Part shown: in pieces, positions 34,713-45,087 of the stretch
How positions within the stretch are numbered: the stretch's first letter is position 1
Layout of the letters: the number at the start of each line of letters is the position of its first letter
NCBI GenBank assembly: GCA_963695415.1
Contig: CAVOGL010000024.1
Coordinates: forward strand, 124,802 to 188,801
Source: an uncultured Chloroflexia bacterium
GTDB taxonomy: Bacteria > Chloroflexota > Anaerolineae > Anaerolineales > UBA4823
Length of the DNA: 64,000 nucleotides
Direction of reading: 5' to 3'
Made by a program: the position numbers and the translations under genes
Notes under the pieces: model-generated
What the model saw: the letters and a program-made list of their open reading frames with translations, nothing else
What the model was told of the DNA's origin: nothing
Database searches by the model: none

Positions 34713-36982
34713 TATGAAAGCTCCTCCTCGCTCAGTTGCGATGTGGCAATTTCACGATAGGTCTCGCAGTTTTCCAGCAGTTCCTTATGTTTACCCTTGC
34801 CGACCACGCGCCCTTCATCGAGAACAATAATTTGTTCCGCATTTTTGATCGTAGCCACTCGTTGAGTTACCACAAGCACGGTGCTCTTTCCGGTCTTTTC
34901 TTTCAGCGCCCTTCGCAGCGCCGCGTCGGTTTTGTAATCAAGCGCCGAGAAGCTGTCATCGAAAATGAAGATCGGTGGTTTCTTCACCAGTGCCCTGGCG
35001 ATCGCCAGCCTCTGTTTTTGCCCGCCGGACACGTTGCCGCCACCCTGCGCAATCTCAGCCGCCATCCCATCCGGATTGGCAGAGATAAACTCGCTTGCCT
35101 GTGCAATTTCTGCCGCCAAAACTAAATCTTCCTCGCTGGCGTTTTGATCAGCATACAGCAGGTTGCTCTCAATCGTGCCCGAGAAGAGCATTCCTTTCTG
35201 CGGGATGTATCCGATCGTGTCGCGCAGGTCGCCCTGTCTCACCTTGCGCACATCCACCCCATCCACCAGGATAGCGCCTTCGGTCGCATCATAGAACCTG
35301 GGAATCAGGTTCACGACGGTGGATTTCCCGCTTCCTGTTGAACCGATAAAAGCTGTGGTTTGACCTGGTTCTGCTGTGAAGGAAATATCGTGCAATACGT
35401 CATCCTGTGCGTTGGGGTAGCGGAAGGAGACATTGCGGAATTCTACCTGCCCTTTGAATGCTTCTGGGAGCAGCTGCGGATCGGCTGGATCGGTGATGCT
35501 CAATTCTGTTTCCAGAACATCGGCAATCCTGCCTCCAGAAACCGCCGCTCTCGGCAGGAAGATAAACATCATCGAGAGCATCAGGAATGCGAACACGATC
35601 TGCATGGTGTACTGCATAAATGCCATCATGTCGCCTACCTGCATATTCGCCTCAGCCACCTGGTGCGAGCCAACCCAGATGATCGCCAGTGACAGCACGT
35701 TCATGATCAGCATCATCAGCGGCATCATCGTCACCATTACCCTCGCCACGAACAGGCTGGTATCCATCAGGTCACGGTTCGCCTTGTCGAAGCGCTCCCC
35801 TTCAAAATCCTGCTTGTTGAATGCCCGGATAACCATCATGCCCGAGAGGTTTTCGCGCGTCACCAGGTTTAGCCGGTCGATTAAGGATTGCATCACCTGG
35901 AATTTGGGCAGCGCCACCCAGAAGACGATCAGGATCAATGTGAGCAGTGCCATTACCGCCGCGGCGATAATCCACCACATCGACGCGCCAGTGCCCATCG
36001 CCCGGATCACCCCCCCAATACCGATAATTGGCGCGTAAAAGACCATCCGCATGATCATAAAGATCACCATTTGCACCTGGGTAACATCGTTGGTCGAGCG
36101 TGTAATCAGAGACGCCGTGGAGAATTGATCGAACTCAGCGTTGGAGAAGTTCTCGACTTTCACAAACACTGCCTTGCGGATATCCCGCGCCGCTCCTGCC
36201 GCCGTGCGTGCTGCCAGCAAGCCCGTCGCGATCATTGTTACCCCGCCAATCAGCGAGATCAGCAGCATTACACCGCCGGTGACCAGAATGTAGTTACGCT
36301 GAAGCTTGGCTGTATCCATTCCCAGCGCTTCGTACTCCGCTTTGACCGCCACCACAGCCATCTGGTTGAGGAAGCTCTCTCCCATTGCTGCGAACTGTTC
36401 ATCAACAGCCGCCGATAACTGTGCCAGTTGATCTGTGGGTAGTTGTCCCAGCAGGCTGAACAAATCCGTCCCTGGGGGCAAAGCGGCAAGTTGGGACATA
36501 TCGAATCCCTCCGCCATCCCCGTTTCATTGGATGGCTCCGCTATGCCTGCAGCCTTGGATGGGTCTGCCATTGCCTGTTCGATGGTGCTCACAATTACCC
36601 AAGACTTTGCCAGGATCGGGTTGATTTGGTCGATTTCTTCTTGAGTCATCTCGTTCCGCACGTAGACAGCTTCTTCCGCCAACGCAGGATATTCCTGCAG
36701 GTACTGCTCATATTCCGGCGAGTTCTCGTCTACCAGCGTGTAATAACCGAGTACCAGTTCTTGCTCTTCGGGTGTCATAAAAATCAACAGCCGTTCCATC
36801 GTGCCTTCGCTGACCGCAACCGGCACCGCGTTAGGCACCCCGCCTTGTTGGATGCCCACATTGATGATCCTGGAGAGGTAATCTGGCAGCGCCAGGTCAG
36901 CGTTCGCCTGCACAAACAACAAGGCGATAGTCAGCAGGATCAGAAAAGTGTAGGGTTTTAAAAACCGGATCAGTCTTAACAT
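34712..36982 (-). CDS. ABC transporter permease/ATPase with large extracytoplasmic insert, partner of 32826-34712
   Basis: 756 aa; GSTGSGKST, VSGGQKQRL, IFIFDDSFS; 1-nt overlap with downstream partner. Confidence 0.9.
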   Translation of the reverse strand: MLRLIRFLKPYTFLILLTIALLFVQANADLALPDYLSRIINVGIQQGGVPNAVPVAVSEGTMERLLIFMTPEEQELVLGYYTLVDENSPEYEQYLQEYPALAEEAVYVRNEMTQEEIDQINPILAKSWVIVSTIEQAMADPSKAAGIAEPSNETGMAEGFDMSQLAALPPGTDLFSLLGQLPTDQLAQLSAAVDEQFAAMGESFLNQMAVVAVKAEYEALGMDTAKLQRNYILVTGGVMLLISLIGGVTMIATGLLAARTAAGAARDIRKAVFVKVENFSNAEFDQFSTASLITRSTNDVTQVQMVIFMIMRMVFYAPIIGIGGVIRAMGTGASMWWIIAAAVMALLTLILIVFWVALPKFQVMQSLIDRLNLVTRENLSGMMVIRAFNKQDFEGERFDKANRDLMDTSLFVARVMVTMMPLMMLIMNVLSLAIIWVGSHQVAEANMQVGDMMAFMQYTMQIVFAFLMLSMMFIFLPRAAVSGGRIADVLETELSITDPADPQLLPEAFKGQVEFRNVSFRYPNAQDDVLHDISFTAEPGQTTAFIGSTGSGKSTVVNLIPRFYDATEGAILVDGVDVRKVRQGDLRDTIGYIPQKGMLFSGTIESNLLYADQNASEEDLVLAAEIAQASEFISANPDGMAAEIAQGGGNVSGGQKQRLAIARALVKKPPIFIFDDSFSALDYKTDAALRRALKEKTGKSTVLVVTQRVATIKNAEQIIVLDEGRVVGKGKHKELLENCETYREIATSQLSEEELS

Positions 36983-36997
36983 CTTCGAATGAACTCC

Positions 36998-37471
36998 TTA
37001 ATGCGGGAATACTTTTTCTATTTCAGTAACAGGTTCGAGCTGCACTGCTTTTTCGGTGATGAAGTTTAAGGCAGTCGTTAATGGCTCTTTTTCCTCGCTC
37101 GTAAATGCCATCGCCAGGTCGTCCAGCCAGCTTTGTCGTGCCTGGACGATTTCCTGCAGGATCATTTTTCCTTGTTCGGTCAGCTGGAGGTTTTTTACCC
37201 TCCGGTCTTCCGGGTCTTCAGTGCGCGTGATCAGTCCCTGCTGTACCAACCGCTCCACCAGCTGGCTGGCAGCTGCCGTGGTCACCCCCAGCTGTCCCCC
37301 CAGATCCCCCACACCGCAGTACATCTCGGTGTGGATGTGCATCATAGCGCCAAATTGGGGCATCGTCAGCCCATACTGCCGTAAAACAGGGAACAGATTT
37401 TGGATCGAGCGGCGCATGGAGACTTCCAGGAAGTTCCTCAGTGAGACCGCGAATGCGTCCATATACGCCAT
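36998..37471 (-). CDS. MarR-family transcriptional regulator
   Basis: wHTH LTMPQFGAMMHI...LGVTTAAASQLVERLVQQGLITRTEDPEDRRV; ATG 37471 preceded by GGAGG. Confidence 0.85.
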   Translation of the reverse strand: MAYMDAFAVSLRNFLEVSMRRSIQNLFPVLRQYGLTMPQFGAMMHIHTEMYCGVGDLGGQLGVTTAAASQLVERLVQQGLITRTEDPEDRRVKNLQLTEQGKMILQEIVQARQSWLDDLAMAFTSEEKEPLTTALNFITEKAVQLEPVTEIEKVFPH

Positions 37472-37641
37472 GGTTAACCTCCAGAATAGTAAAGAAAGCT
37501 TGATTTTATAGGTTGCTTTAGTTTCTGTCAAGGGATTCCTGTTTCAGTGTGGATGTTCAGCGAAATTGACACCCCCTAACTGTTCAGGGAAAATATCACC
37601 TTTGACCGAACAGTAGCGAGAGCAGTCGGTCCACTCTCTCT

Positions 37642-38655
37642 TTACCTGATTCCCATATGCTGTGCAGCCCGGAAAGTTAGCTCTGGATTTTTGACCACAA
37701 TTCGTGCTTTTTCGGTAGTCAATTTCCCAATTCTTGACAGGTGCATTAGCGTCGCAATAGGCGGAGTGTTGAGATTAATGGTACTGAGCTCAGCAGCATA
37801 GGTTCTGGCTTGTTCCCGTGCTGTCAGGCTTTCATAGCCCGGCTGTTGTCTCAAGCGCGCAAGGCAGCGCTCGTTTTCCGCGTGGACCCGGTCCAGCACC
37901 TCTTCCAGCAGTCGCAGGCTGTCTTCATCCCATTCGACAATCTCAACAATTCTGGTCTTTGGTATGCCCTTCCTGATTGGAAATTGTTGGCGGTATTGCT
38001 TCCTCATACCATACCAGTGATTCTGACGGCTTGGCACCGATACAATTTTAAAATCGGGCAGAACCAGTCCTGTGAGTGTTTTTCCGTGTACGCAGCTGGT
38101 ATCCAATCCGAATACCTGGTCATTGAAGACAAAAGCTTCCCCATTTCTGTGGTAATCGTGATGCCCAACGATCACAGGCTTTTCTCTATCATAAAGCTCA
38201 TACCAGGGCTGGTTGTAATTTTGCTTCATGTGCCTCTCACCACCCATTGTCCCGCACAGTACAGTCGCCAGTTGCTCATCCATTGCTACCCCAGGTTCCA
38301 CATACCCGTGCACCAGGATCGCTTCAGGCAGTTCAATCCAGGTTGGTAGCGTACTGCAAAAGTCAACCAGGTCAGGATATGCCTCGCCAGCCTGGATTTG
38401 TGTGATCCTTTGGGCAATAGCCAGCTTTACTTCGCCGCGCGCCGTGCGCATGTGTTTGCGCTCGTGGTTTCCCATCAAGGATTGGACCCCCGACCCATAC
38501 ATAATGAAATCCAGTACCTCTGGTGTCTCTGGTCCTCGATCGACGAAATCGCCAAGTGCGATCACCGCATCAGTATCCCCAATCCCGGACCCGGCAAGCA
38601 AATCCTGCAGCTCAGAGAAACAACCATGGATATCACCGATTACCAGTATTCGCAC
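37642..38655 (-). CDS. metallophosphoesterase (PPP-family Ser/Thr phosphatase / ApaH-PrpE-like)
   Basis: 337 aa; GDIHG, GDFVDRGP, GNHE motifs. Confidence 0.85.
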   Translation of the reverse strand: MRILVIGDIHGCFSELQDLLAGSGIGDTDAVIALGDFVDRGPETPEVLDFIMYGSGVQSLMGNHERKHMRTARGEVKLAIAQRITQIQAGEAYPDLVDFCSTLPTWIELPEAILVHGYVEPGVAMDEQLATVLCGTMGGERHMKQNYNQPWYELYDREKPVIVGHHDYHRNGEAFVFNDQVFGLDTSCVHGKTLTGLVLPDFKIVSVPSRQNHWYGMRKQYRQQFPIRKGIPKTRIVEIVEWDEDSLRLLEEVLDRVHAENERCLARLRQQPGYESLTAREQARTYAAELSTINLNTPPIATLMHLSRIGKLTTEKARIVVKNPELTFRAAQHMGIR

Positions 38656-38746
38656 GAGAAAAATTTTCCTATTTCAATCGACCTTAGCTCATGGCAAGAG
38701 AATTGTCAATTCTCCACACGTTATCCTGCTCCTCATCCGTAGTGTA

Positions 38747-38990
38747 ATGGCTGCAGAATTGAACACTGAAATGCCGCAATCATTCTTGGACGATATCTCA
38801 CCTATTATCCACTTTGGTGCTCCCATTTCAATGGATTGGTATCTGCAAGCTTGCTTCGGTCTCTTCATCCACTGGGGGATCTAATCCGCTGTTGGTATCG
38901 TTGCATCCTGACCCATCATGACACCCGATCTGGCAGAGGCCATGTTTAGCAGCCCTGATAGAATTAGGGAAGCAATTACACTTCGCTTTC
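38747..38990 (+). pseudogene. 5' remnant of a GH29 alpha-L-fucosidase paralog
   Basis: ...MDWYLQACFGLFIHWGI*SAVGIVAS*PIMTPDLAEAMF vs intact gene 42945: GWYLQARFGLFIHWGIYAAAGVEASWPIMTPDLAEAMF; about 80% nt identity by eye; stop and frame breaks. Confidence 0.65.
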
Positions 38991-38998
38991 CAGTTAGT

Positions 38999-40039
38999 TC
39001 AACTTTCTTGATTTTGATGGTGCAGTTTGGGTGATCGCCAGTTTCGTACGAAATTTACCAGATGCAGTCCTGCCCAGAACAATCCCGCCAGGATGAGTAT
39101 AGCAATATAGTCGATTAGTGGGATACGCAGGATTTCATTTAAGTAATTCCAACCGCGTTCACTATACACTCCTACAACCAGCCCAATATAAACGAACAGA
39201 AGCGCCCATCGAACCCATCGGGATAATCCTAGCCCGTGCATCTGGGTGATGATAAAGATGCCTCCAAAACCAAAAGCAAACATCGGCCAGATACCATTTC
39301 CCTGCATAACCGCCACCAGTGTCCCGTGTACTAGCACTGCGAACTCATTGACAAACATCCACCATTTATTGATATGGATCCGGGTGAAGAAAAGGCTGCC
39401 CTGCAGTAAAAGCAGGAACATGTACAGGAATCCGATCAAATGTCCGCTGGTAGACACCATTGGGTGGTACCAGAAAGTGTAAATTGTAGCCCAGGCAAAA
39501 AAGTAGCCGTGATATTTGCGCGCAAATCGGATCACCTGTTGGGATATGGGTACTTTCTTCCCGAAGAACAATCCTCTGCGTGGGTTCTCCATCAACATCA
39601 CCCACACCAGGAGCACAATCACCGATCCCTGTGAGCTGAAGATCGAAACATCTTGAGCCAGTCCATCATACCAGATGTGGCTCTGTACGAAATGCAACCC
39701 AATGAACAGGGCATTGATACCCAGGGCGATGATGTTTACCTTGTGCAGGTTGGTGGTGTATTTCAATTGGTTTTTCTGAGCTATATAGATCAATGACCAG
39801 ATTGCCACTTGGTGAAGCATATAAAGAGTCCAGACAACGGTTCTCGTCACCCATGTGGGATTTGGCAGTTTCCAGTAATACCATGCAACGCCCTGGTCGG
39901 GAAGTAGTTCGATCGCATCCAGACGACCTCCTGCCCACCAGATCAATCCGGTGAAGGCCAGGCTAAAAATAATCCCTCCCCACAAGACTAGCAAGTCTGT
40001 TCTCGTGTTGATTTTGTTTGGTTGAGTTTGAGCTGTCAA
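38999..40039 (-). CDS. polytopic His/Trp-rich membrane protein, unknown family, downstream of IorB
   Basis: 346 aa, about 9-10 hydrophobic helices, many intramembrane His (LHQVAIW, GLHFVQSHIW, WYHPM, LVHGTL, TQMHG); 16-nt gap to upstream gene. Confidence 0.6.
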   Translation of the reverse strand: MTAQTQPNKINTRTDLLVLWGGIIFSLAFTGLIWWAGGRLDAIELLPDQGVAWYYWKLPNPTWVTRTVVWTLYMLHQVAIWSLIYIAQKNQLKYTTNLHKVNIIALGINALFIGLHFVQSHIWYDGLAQDVSIFSSQGSVIVLLVWVMLMENPRRGLFFGKKVPISQQVIRFARKYHGYFFAWATIYTFWYHPMVSTSGHLIGFLYMFLLLLQGSLFFTRIHINKWWMFVNEFAVLVHGTLVAVMQGNGIWPMFAFGFGGIFIITQMHGLGLSRWVRWALLFVYIGLVVGVYSERGWNYLNEILRIPLIDYIAILILAGLFWAGLHLVNFVRNWRSPKLHHQNQES

Positions 40040-40055
40040 CGTTTCAGATCCTTTA

Positions 40056-42263
40056 TCAGTTAAATTTTAATGGTAACTGGCGTAGGCGCTTGCCGGTGGA
40101 TGTGTAAACCGCATTTGCCACTGCAGCCGGTACCGGTCCAATCGGCGGTTCCCCCATCCCAGAAGGAGTTGTCCCGCTGTTCACTACCAATACCTCGATA
40201 TCTGGCGCATCAGTGTTTCGAAGAATCGGATACTGGTTGAAATTGCCAGCTTGTAGCACTCCATCTTTAACCACCACAGATTCCAGAAGTGTAGAGCTGA
40301 TACCCATGGTGATGCTGCCTTCAGTTTGTGCTCTGACCCCATCCGGATTAATTGCCAGACCCGGATCAGCTAAAGCCGTGACCTTGTGAACCTGAATCTG
40401 GTTTTCCATAACAGAAACCTCAGCAATTTCAACGATAATGGTGCCGACATCGTAGCACATCGCCAGACCGTGCGCATGACCATCCGGCAGAGATGTCCCC
40501 CAGCCGGCTCTTTCTGCTGCTGTTTGTAGTGCGGTGCGTATCCGTTCTCCCTTCTCATTCGCCGGCAGGTTGCGCAACCGGAATTCCAATGGGTCCATAC
40601 TGGCAGCTGCAGCCAGCTCGTCCATGAAGCTTTCGATGGCAAAGACATTCGCCATCAATCCCAGTCCACGCCACCATCCAGTGGAAACTGGTAATTTAAC
40701 CAACCATGCCTTTGTCTGAACATTCGGGATAGCATAATGCAGGATGGATCCACGGTAAGAGCCAAAATCAGCCCCAAGCACAGACCCCATCACTTTTGGC
40801 AGGAACGGGAAAGCAACTTCACCACTGGCAGCCTGGTGCTCAAGAGCCAGGAGTTCTCCGCTGCTGGACAGGCTGGCACGCAATTGGTTATGCGTGGGCG
40901 GACGCACAAAACCGCTGCGGAAATCTTCCGGGCGGTTCATCGCCACCTGGACCGGTTTCCCAGAGGCTTGTGACAGGAGCGCAGCTTCAACAGCTGCTCT
41001 TTCATCGATCTTCCGTCCAAACCCGCCTCCAAGGTACACCGGGTGGACCACGATCTCTTTCTCATTCCGGTCAATTGCTTCTGCTACCGCGCCTTTCAAC
41101 CGGTTTGCTGCCTGAGTGGAAGCCCAGATTTCCACCCTATCCCCGCGAACATCCGCTACTGCAGCCAAAGGTTCCAGGTAAGCGTGGTATGCCATCGGGG
41201 TGCGGTATTCCGCCTCCACTGGTTTACCCTCTTTGAGTGCCTTCTCAGAGTTGCCTTCTTTCTGGATGACTACCCCCTGTCCCTTACCAATGGTCACCAT
41301 GCTCTCAATTTCTTCTTGCTGCCAGAGTTTACCTGCATCCCATTGGAGTTCCATCTTTGTCAGAGCCTGGTATGCTTGCTCCCGTGATTCAGCGACAACG
41401 CCAGCAAAATCTTTGCTTGTTACAACCTTTACCACACCGGGGTGGCTGTCTGCCTCACCGGAGCTTGCTTTGGTCAGCTTCCCTTCAACCGTTTCAGGTC
41501 GTGCCACCGCACCGTACATCATTCCCGGGACGCGCACATCGAAGCCGAAAATCGCCTGACCTGTGACTTTAGCAGGCAGGTCGACGCGAGGAAAGGTTTT
41601 TCCGATTACCTTATACTGACTGGGATTTTTTAGCGTTGGCGGATTCTCAGGTAGTTCCCACTCTCCGGCAGACTGGAAGAGTTCGCCATAAGTGCGTTGT
41701 TGGGCAGGATCGCTTTTTAGGCTGAAGATCCCATTTTCGAGCTTCAAATTTTCTACTTGTGTATTTAATTGCTTGGCAGCCTCCTCTCGCAGCAGTTCAC
41801 GCAGTGTCGCAGATACTTCAAGCAGCGGGGTGTATAGCCCGGCGATTGTAGTGCTTGCGGATGTAGCCACCGGGTCTGCCAGCCGGTCCGTACTCGAATG
41901 AGCAACCCGCATCTGGTCAAGGCTGATTTCCAGCTCTTCAGCCGCAATCTGGGCTAACCCAGTGTGAACGCCCTGACCCATCTCGGATTTTGGCAGGTAC
42001 AGGTTTACTGTATTATCTGCCAGGATTTCAAACCAGGCGTCCGGTGGTGCATCAACGTCTGATGGTGGTCCTCCAGATTCTTCCAACCATTCTGCCAGGC
42101 GTAGCCGCAGTGGGGGAGTACCCAGCTTTACCCCAATGTACAGGCCGATCGCACTGACACCGAGTACCATAAGGAACTCACGTCTGCTCAGACGTTTCCG
42201 TTTCTTCGGATGGGTTGGGACACTATCCTGTTTGGATTCAATCGAAGGGATGTTTTCGCTCAT
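40056..42263 (-). CDS. xanthine-dehydrogenase-family molybdopterin subunit (IorB / aldehyde oxidoreductase beta-like) with Tat signal
   Basis: 735 aa; RLSRREFLMVLG twin-Arg signal; Moco-binding family pattern (GGGFGRK, GLGLMANVFAIESFMDE). Confidence 0.8.
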   Translation of the reverse strand: MSENIPSIESKQDSVPTHPKKRKRLSRREFLMVLGVSAIGLYIGVKLGTPPLRLRLAEWLEESGGPPSDVDAPPDAWFEILADNTVNLYLPKSEMGQGVHTGLAQIAAEELEISLDQMRVAHSSTDRLADPVATSASTTIAGLYTPLLEVSATLRELLREEAAKQLNTQVENLKLENGIFSLKSDPAQQRTYGELFQSAGEWELPENPPTLKNPSQYKVIGKTFPRVDLPAKVTGQAIFGFDVRVPGMMYGAVARPETVEGKLTKASSGEADSHPGVVKVVTSKDFAGVVAESREQAYQALTKMELQWDAGKLWQQEEIESMVTIGKGQGVVIQKEGNSEKALKEGKPVEAEYRTPMAYHAYLEPLAAVADVRGDRVEIWASTQAANRLKGAVAEAIDRNEKEIVVHPVYLGGGFGRKIDERAAVEAALLSQASGKPVQVAMNRPEDFRSGFVRPPTHNQLRASLSSSGELLALEHQAASGEVAFPFLPKVMGSVLGADFGSYRGSILHYAIPNVQTKAWLVKLPVSTGWWRGLGLMANVFAIESFMDELAAAASMDPLEFRLRNLPANEKGERIRTALQTAAERAGWGTSLPDGHAHGLAMCYDVGTIIVEIAEVSVMENQIQVHKVTALADPGLAINPDGVRAQTEGSITMGISSTLLESVVVKDGVLQAGNFNQYPILRNTDAPDIEVLVVNSGTTPSGMGEPPIGPVPAAVANAVYTSTGKRLRQLPLKFN

Positions 42264-42751
42264 GATTCCTCTCCTCTGCCAGCAGATGCCAACTCAGCAG
42301 CGCGTTGTACCGCCTTGCGGATGCGAGGGTAAGTGCCACATCGGCAGTAGATCGGGTTCATTGCTTCGCGAATTTCCTCCTCACTGGGATTTGGATTCTG
42401 TTCAATCAATGCCGCAGCTGTCATCATCTGGCCTGACATACACCAGGAGCATTGCGGCACCTGTTCTTCCAGGAATGCTTGTTGGACAGGATGCAGGACA
42501 GGCTCATCTTCGTTATCCAGCGAAGCCAGGCCTTCGATTGTCCGGATTTCTTTTCCTTCTACGGAAGACAGCATAGTCAGACACGAACGGGTGGGCACGC
42601 CGTTGATATGCACCGTGCACGAACCGCAAGCCCCGATCCCGCATCCGAATTTTGTTCCGGTTAAGCCAAGTTCATCTCGCAGAACCCAAAGCAGTAATCG
42701 GTCTGGTAAATCACCTACCTGGTAATCTTGTCCATTAATATTTAATTGCAT
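42260..42751 (-). CDS. [2Fe-2S]-binding small subunit (IorA-like)
   Basis: 163 aa; CGIGACGSCTV and CSWCMSGQMM, CRCGTY cluster motifs; 4-nt overlap with the large subunit. Confidence 0.85.
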   Translation of the reverse strand: MQLNINGQDYQVGDLPDRLLLWVLRDELGLTGTKFGCGIGACGSCTVHINGVPTRSCLTMLSSVEGKEIRTIEGLASLDNEDEPVLHPVQQAFLEEQVPQCSWCMSGQMMTAAALIEQNPNPSEEEIREAMNPIYCRCGTYPRIRKAVQRAAELASAGRGEES

Positions 42752-42944
42752 GAATTCCTCATATTTTTTCGCAGGAACAATAAGCTGCGAGGATCATCTT
42801 AATTCTACCTGTTAAGTTTGCCATTTTTCTGGCTTGTTGTATTTTAAACCTGAGAACTGCCTTTAAGTTTGTAAAACGGCATTGTTTTTCATTTTTGATC
42901 GACCTTTAATAAATTCCAGGGTAAAATCCCCTCAACAGAATTTT

Positions 42945-44353
42945 ATGCCATCCTATCCTTCAGTCATGCGCCCTTCTCTTGGTTGGTATTTACAAGCCCG
43001 TTTCGGTCTCTTCATCCACTGGGGCATCTATGCCGCTGCCGGTGTCGAAGCTTCCTGGCCTATCATGACCCCTGACCTGGCGGAGGCTATGTTTGGCAAC
43101 CCCAAAAGGATCAGTGAAACAGATTACGCACACCTCGCCACCCAGTTTAACCCCGTGGACTTCGACGCTGCAGCCTGGGTACGCACCGCACAGGACGCTG
43201 GAATGCGCTATATCGTCTTCACTGCAAAGCACCACGACGGCTTCTGCATGTTCGACGCTCCGGGCACGGACTACAAGATCACCAACACGCCGTTCGCTCG
43301 CGATATCTGCCAGGAGCTGGCGCAAGCCTGCGCTGCTGCCAGCATGCACCTCGGCTTCTACTATTCACCCCCCGATATGCACCATCCCGGCTACCGCGAC
43401 ACGCGCAAACCTGCGTTGAAAAACTGGCTGGGTGAGCCGGACCGCCCGGAATGGGCGGAGTATCTCGACTATATGGAAAGTCACCTGCGCAAACTGCTCA
43501 CAGATTACGGACCGGTTCGAGTGCTCTGGTTTGATGGACTTTCCAACCATGCCAAGTATGATCCGCCTCGCTTTCATGCCCTGATCCGCAGCCTCAGCCC
43601 AGGCACCCTCATCAATGACCGGCTGGGGGATGGTTATGATTTCATTACACCGGAGCAGTTCATCCCAAAAGGGGGGATCCCGGTTCGTACCGGAAAACCT
43701 CCAGCCGCAGTTGGTCCGGACAGCGATCGCTTTTTTCGCCTGGTGCAGCGACTATATCGCATTCCCGGCATTCGAGTCTGGCTGCGTCAGCAGATTCGCA
43801 AATACCAGGACGGCACCCTCGAATTATCTCCGCTGTTGAAGGAACCATTCCCTCCTCCCGAACGCTTCCAACCCTGGGAGACCTGCATGACCATGGGTCA
43901 AACCTGGGGCTATTATCCTGATGAGACCGCCTGGAAGGCGCCTTCTGATTTACTGCGCAATCTGGTTGAAGTTGCCAGCCGCGGCGGGAATTTCCTCCTG
44001 AACATCGGTCCTACAGACCGGGGTAGTTTCCCGCTCGAAACAGTGCAACGCCTTGAGTACATCGGAAGTGGATGAAACGCTGCGGGGAGTCGATTTATGG
44101 CAGTACCTACACTTCTCTTCAGGATTTATCCTGGGGTCGCGCTACCCGTAAAGGCAGCCGCATCTTTCTTCACATCTTCGACTGGCCCATTGACGGTAAA
44201 CTTTCTATCTCCACCTTTCCTGACTCTATACACACTGCCAGCATCCTCGCTGGAGAAAGCCTGACCTTCACCCAGACCGGGGACCGCCTCGAAATAAGCC
44301 TCCCCCCTCAAGCCCCACATCCGGACATCTCCGTCGTGGTCCTCGAGATATAA
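42945..44353 (+). pseudogene. alpha-L-fucosidase (GH29), frameshift near 44066
   Basis: FGLFIHWGIY, FTAKHHDGFCMFD, GGNFLLNIGPTDRG; ..RLEYIG | WMKRCGESIYGS continues in the 44072-44353 frame. Confidence 0.75.
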
Positions 44354-44564
44354 CTTACACCGGTGGCGTAAGAGTCCAGCATCATACAAATCGATCGTAT
44401 CAAAATCGTATATTCCATCTAACCCTTCGCGCCCTTCTCTTGCTTTGCGGTAAAAAAAAACCTTTCGTGCACCTTCGCCCTTCTCCGTGACCTTTGTGTT
44501 AAATAAACCAAAATATGAGATAATTTATCCAATTAGCAGCCCCTCCATTCACAGGAGCAAAAAT

Positions 44565-45080
44565 ATGATTTACCTTGACAACATCATCCAACAGCTATCC
44601 GCCAACGCCGAAACCGTGCGCGCCTTCCTGGCGCACATATCCCCCAACCAGGCGGAATGGAAACCTGATCCTGAAACCTGGTCCCTTAAAGATGTCATGC
44701 AGCACTTCTACAACGAAGAGCGCATCGACTTCCGCATGCACATCAAAGAAGTCTTCCACGACCCGCCCATCCCCTGGGGAGAATGGCACGACAACCAGTA
44801 CATCCCTGTTGAGACCTTTCAGCAGGCACTCGACCTTTTCCTGCAGGAACGCGCCGCCTCCCTCGACTGGCTGCGCTCCATCCAATCACCGGATTGGGAT
44901 GTTGCCCATAAGGCATCCTTCGGTCCGCAAAACGAAGTCATTGTGCTCCGCGCCGGCGACATACTCGTCTCCTGGCTCGCTCACGACTTCCTCCACATCC
45001 GCCAGCTGAACGAGCTCAATTTCGCCTGGACCCAATCGCAGGCAGCCCCCTATTCTGTTGACTATGCCGGAGGTTGGTAA
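44565..45080 (+). CDS. DinB-family (DinB_2) metal-dependent four-helix-bundle protein
   Basis: AEWKPDPETWSLKDVMQHF and LAHDFLHIRQL His motifs; ATG 44565 after aggag. Confidence 0.7.
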   Translation: MIYLDNIIQQLSANAETVRAFLAHISPNQAEWKPDPETWSLKDVMQHFYNEERIDFRMHIKEVFHDPPIPWGEWHDNQYIPVETFQQALDLFLQERAASLDWLRSIQSPDWDVAHKASFGPQNEVIVLRAGDILVSWLAHDFLHIRQLNELNFAWTQSQAAPYSVDYAGGW

Positions 45081-45087
45081 TTATTCC

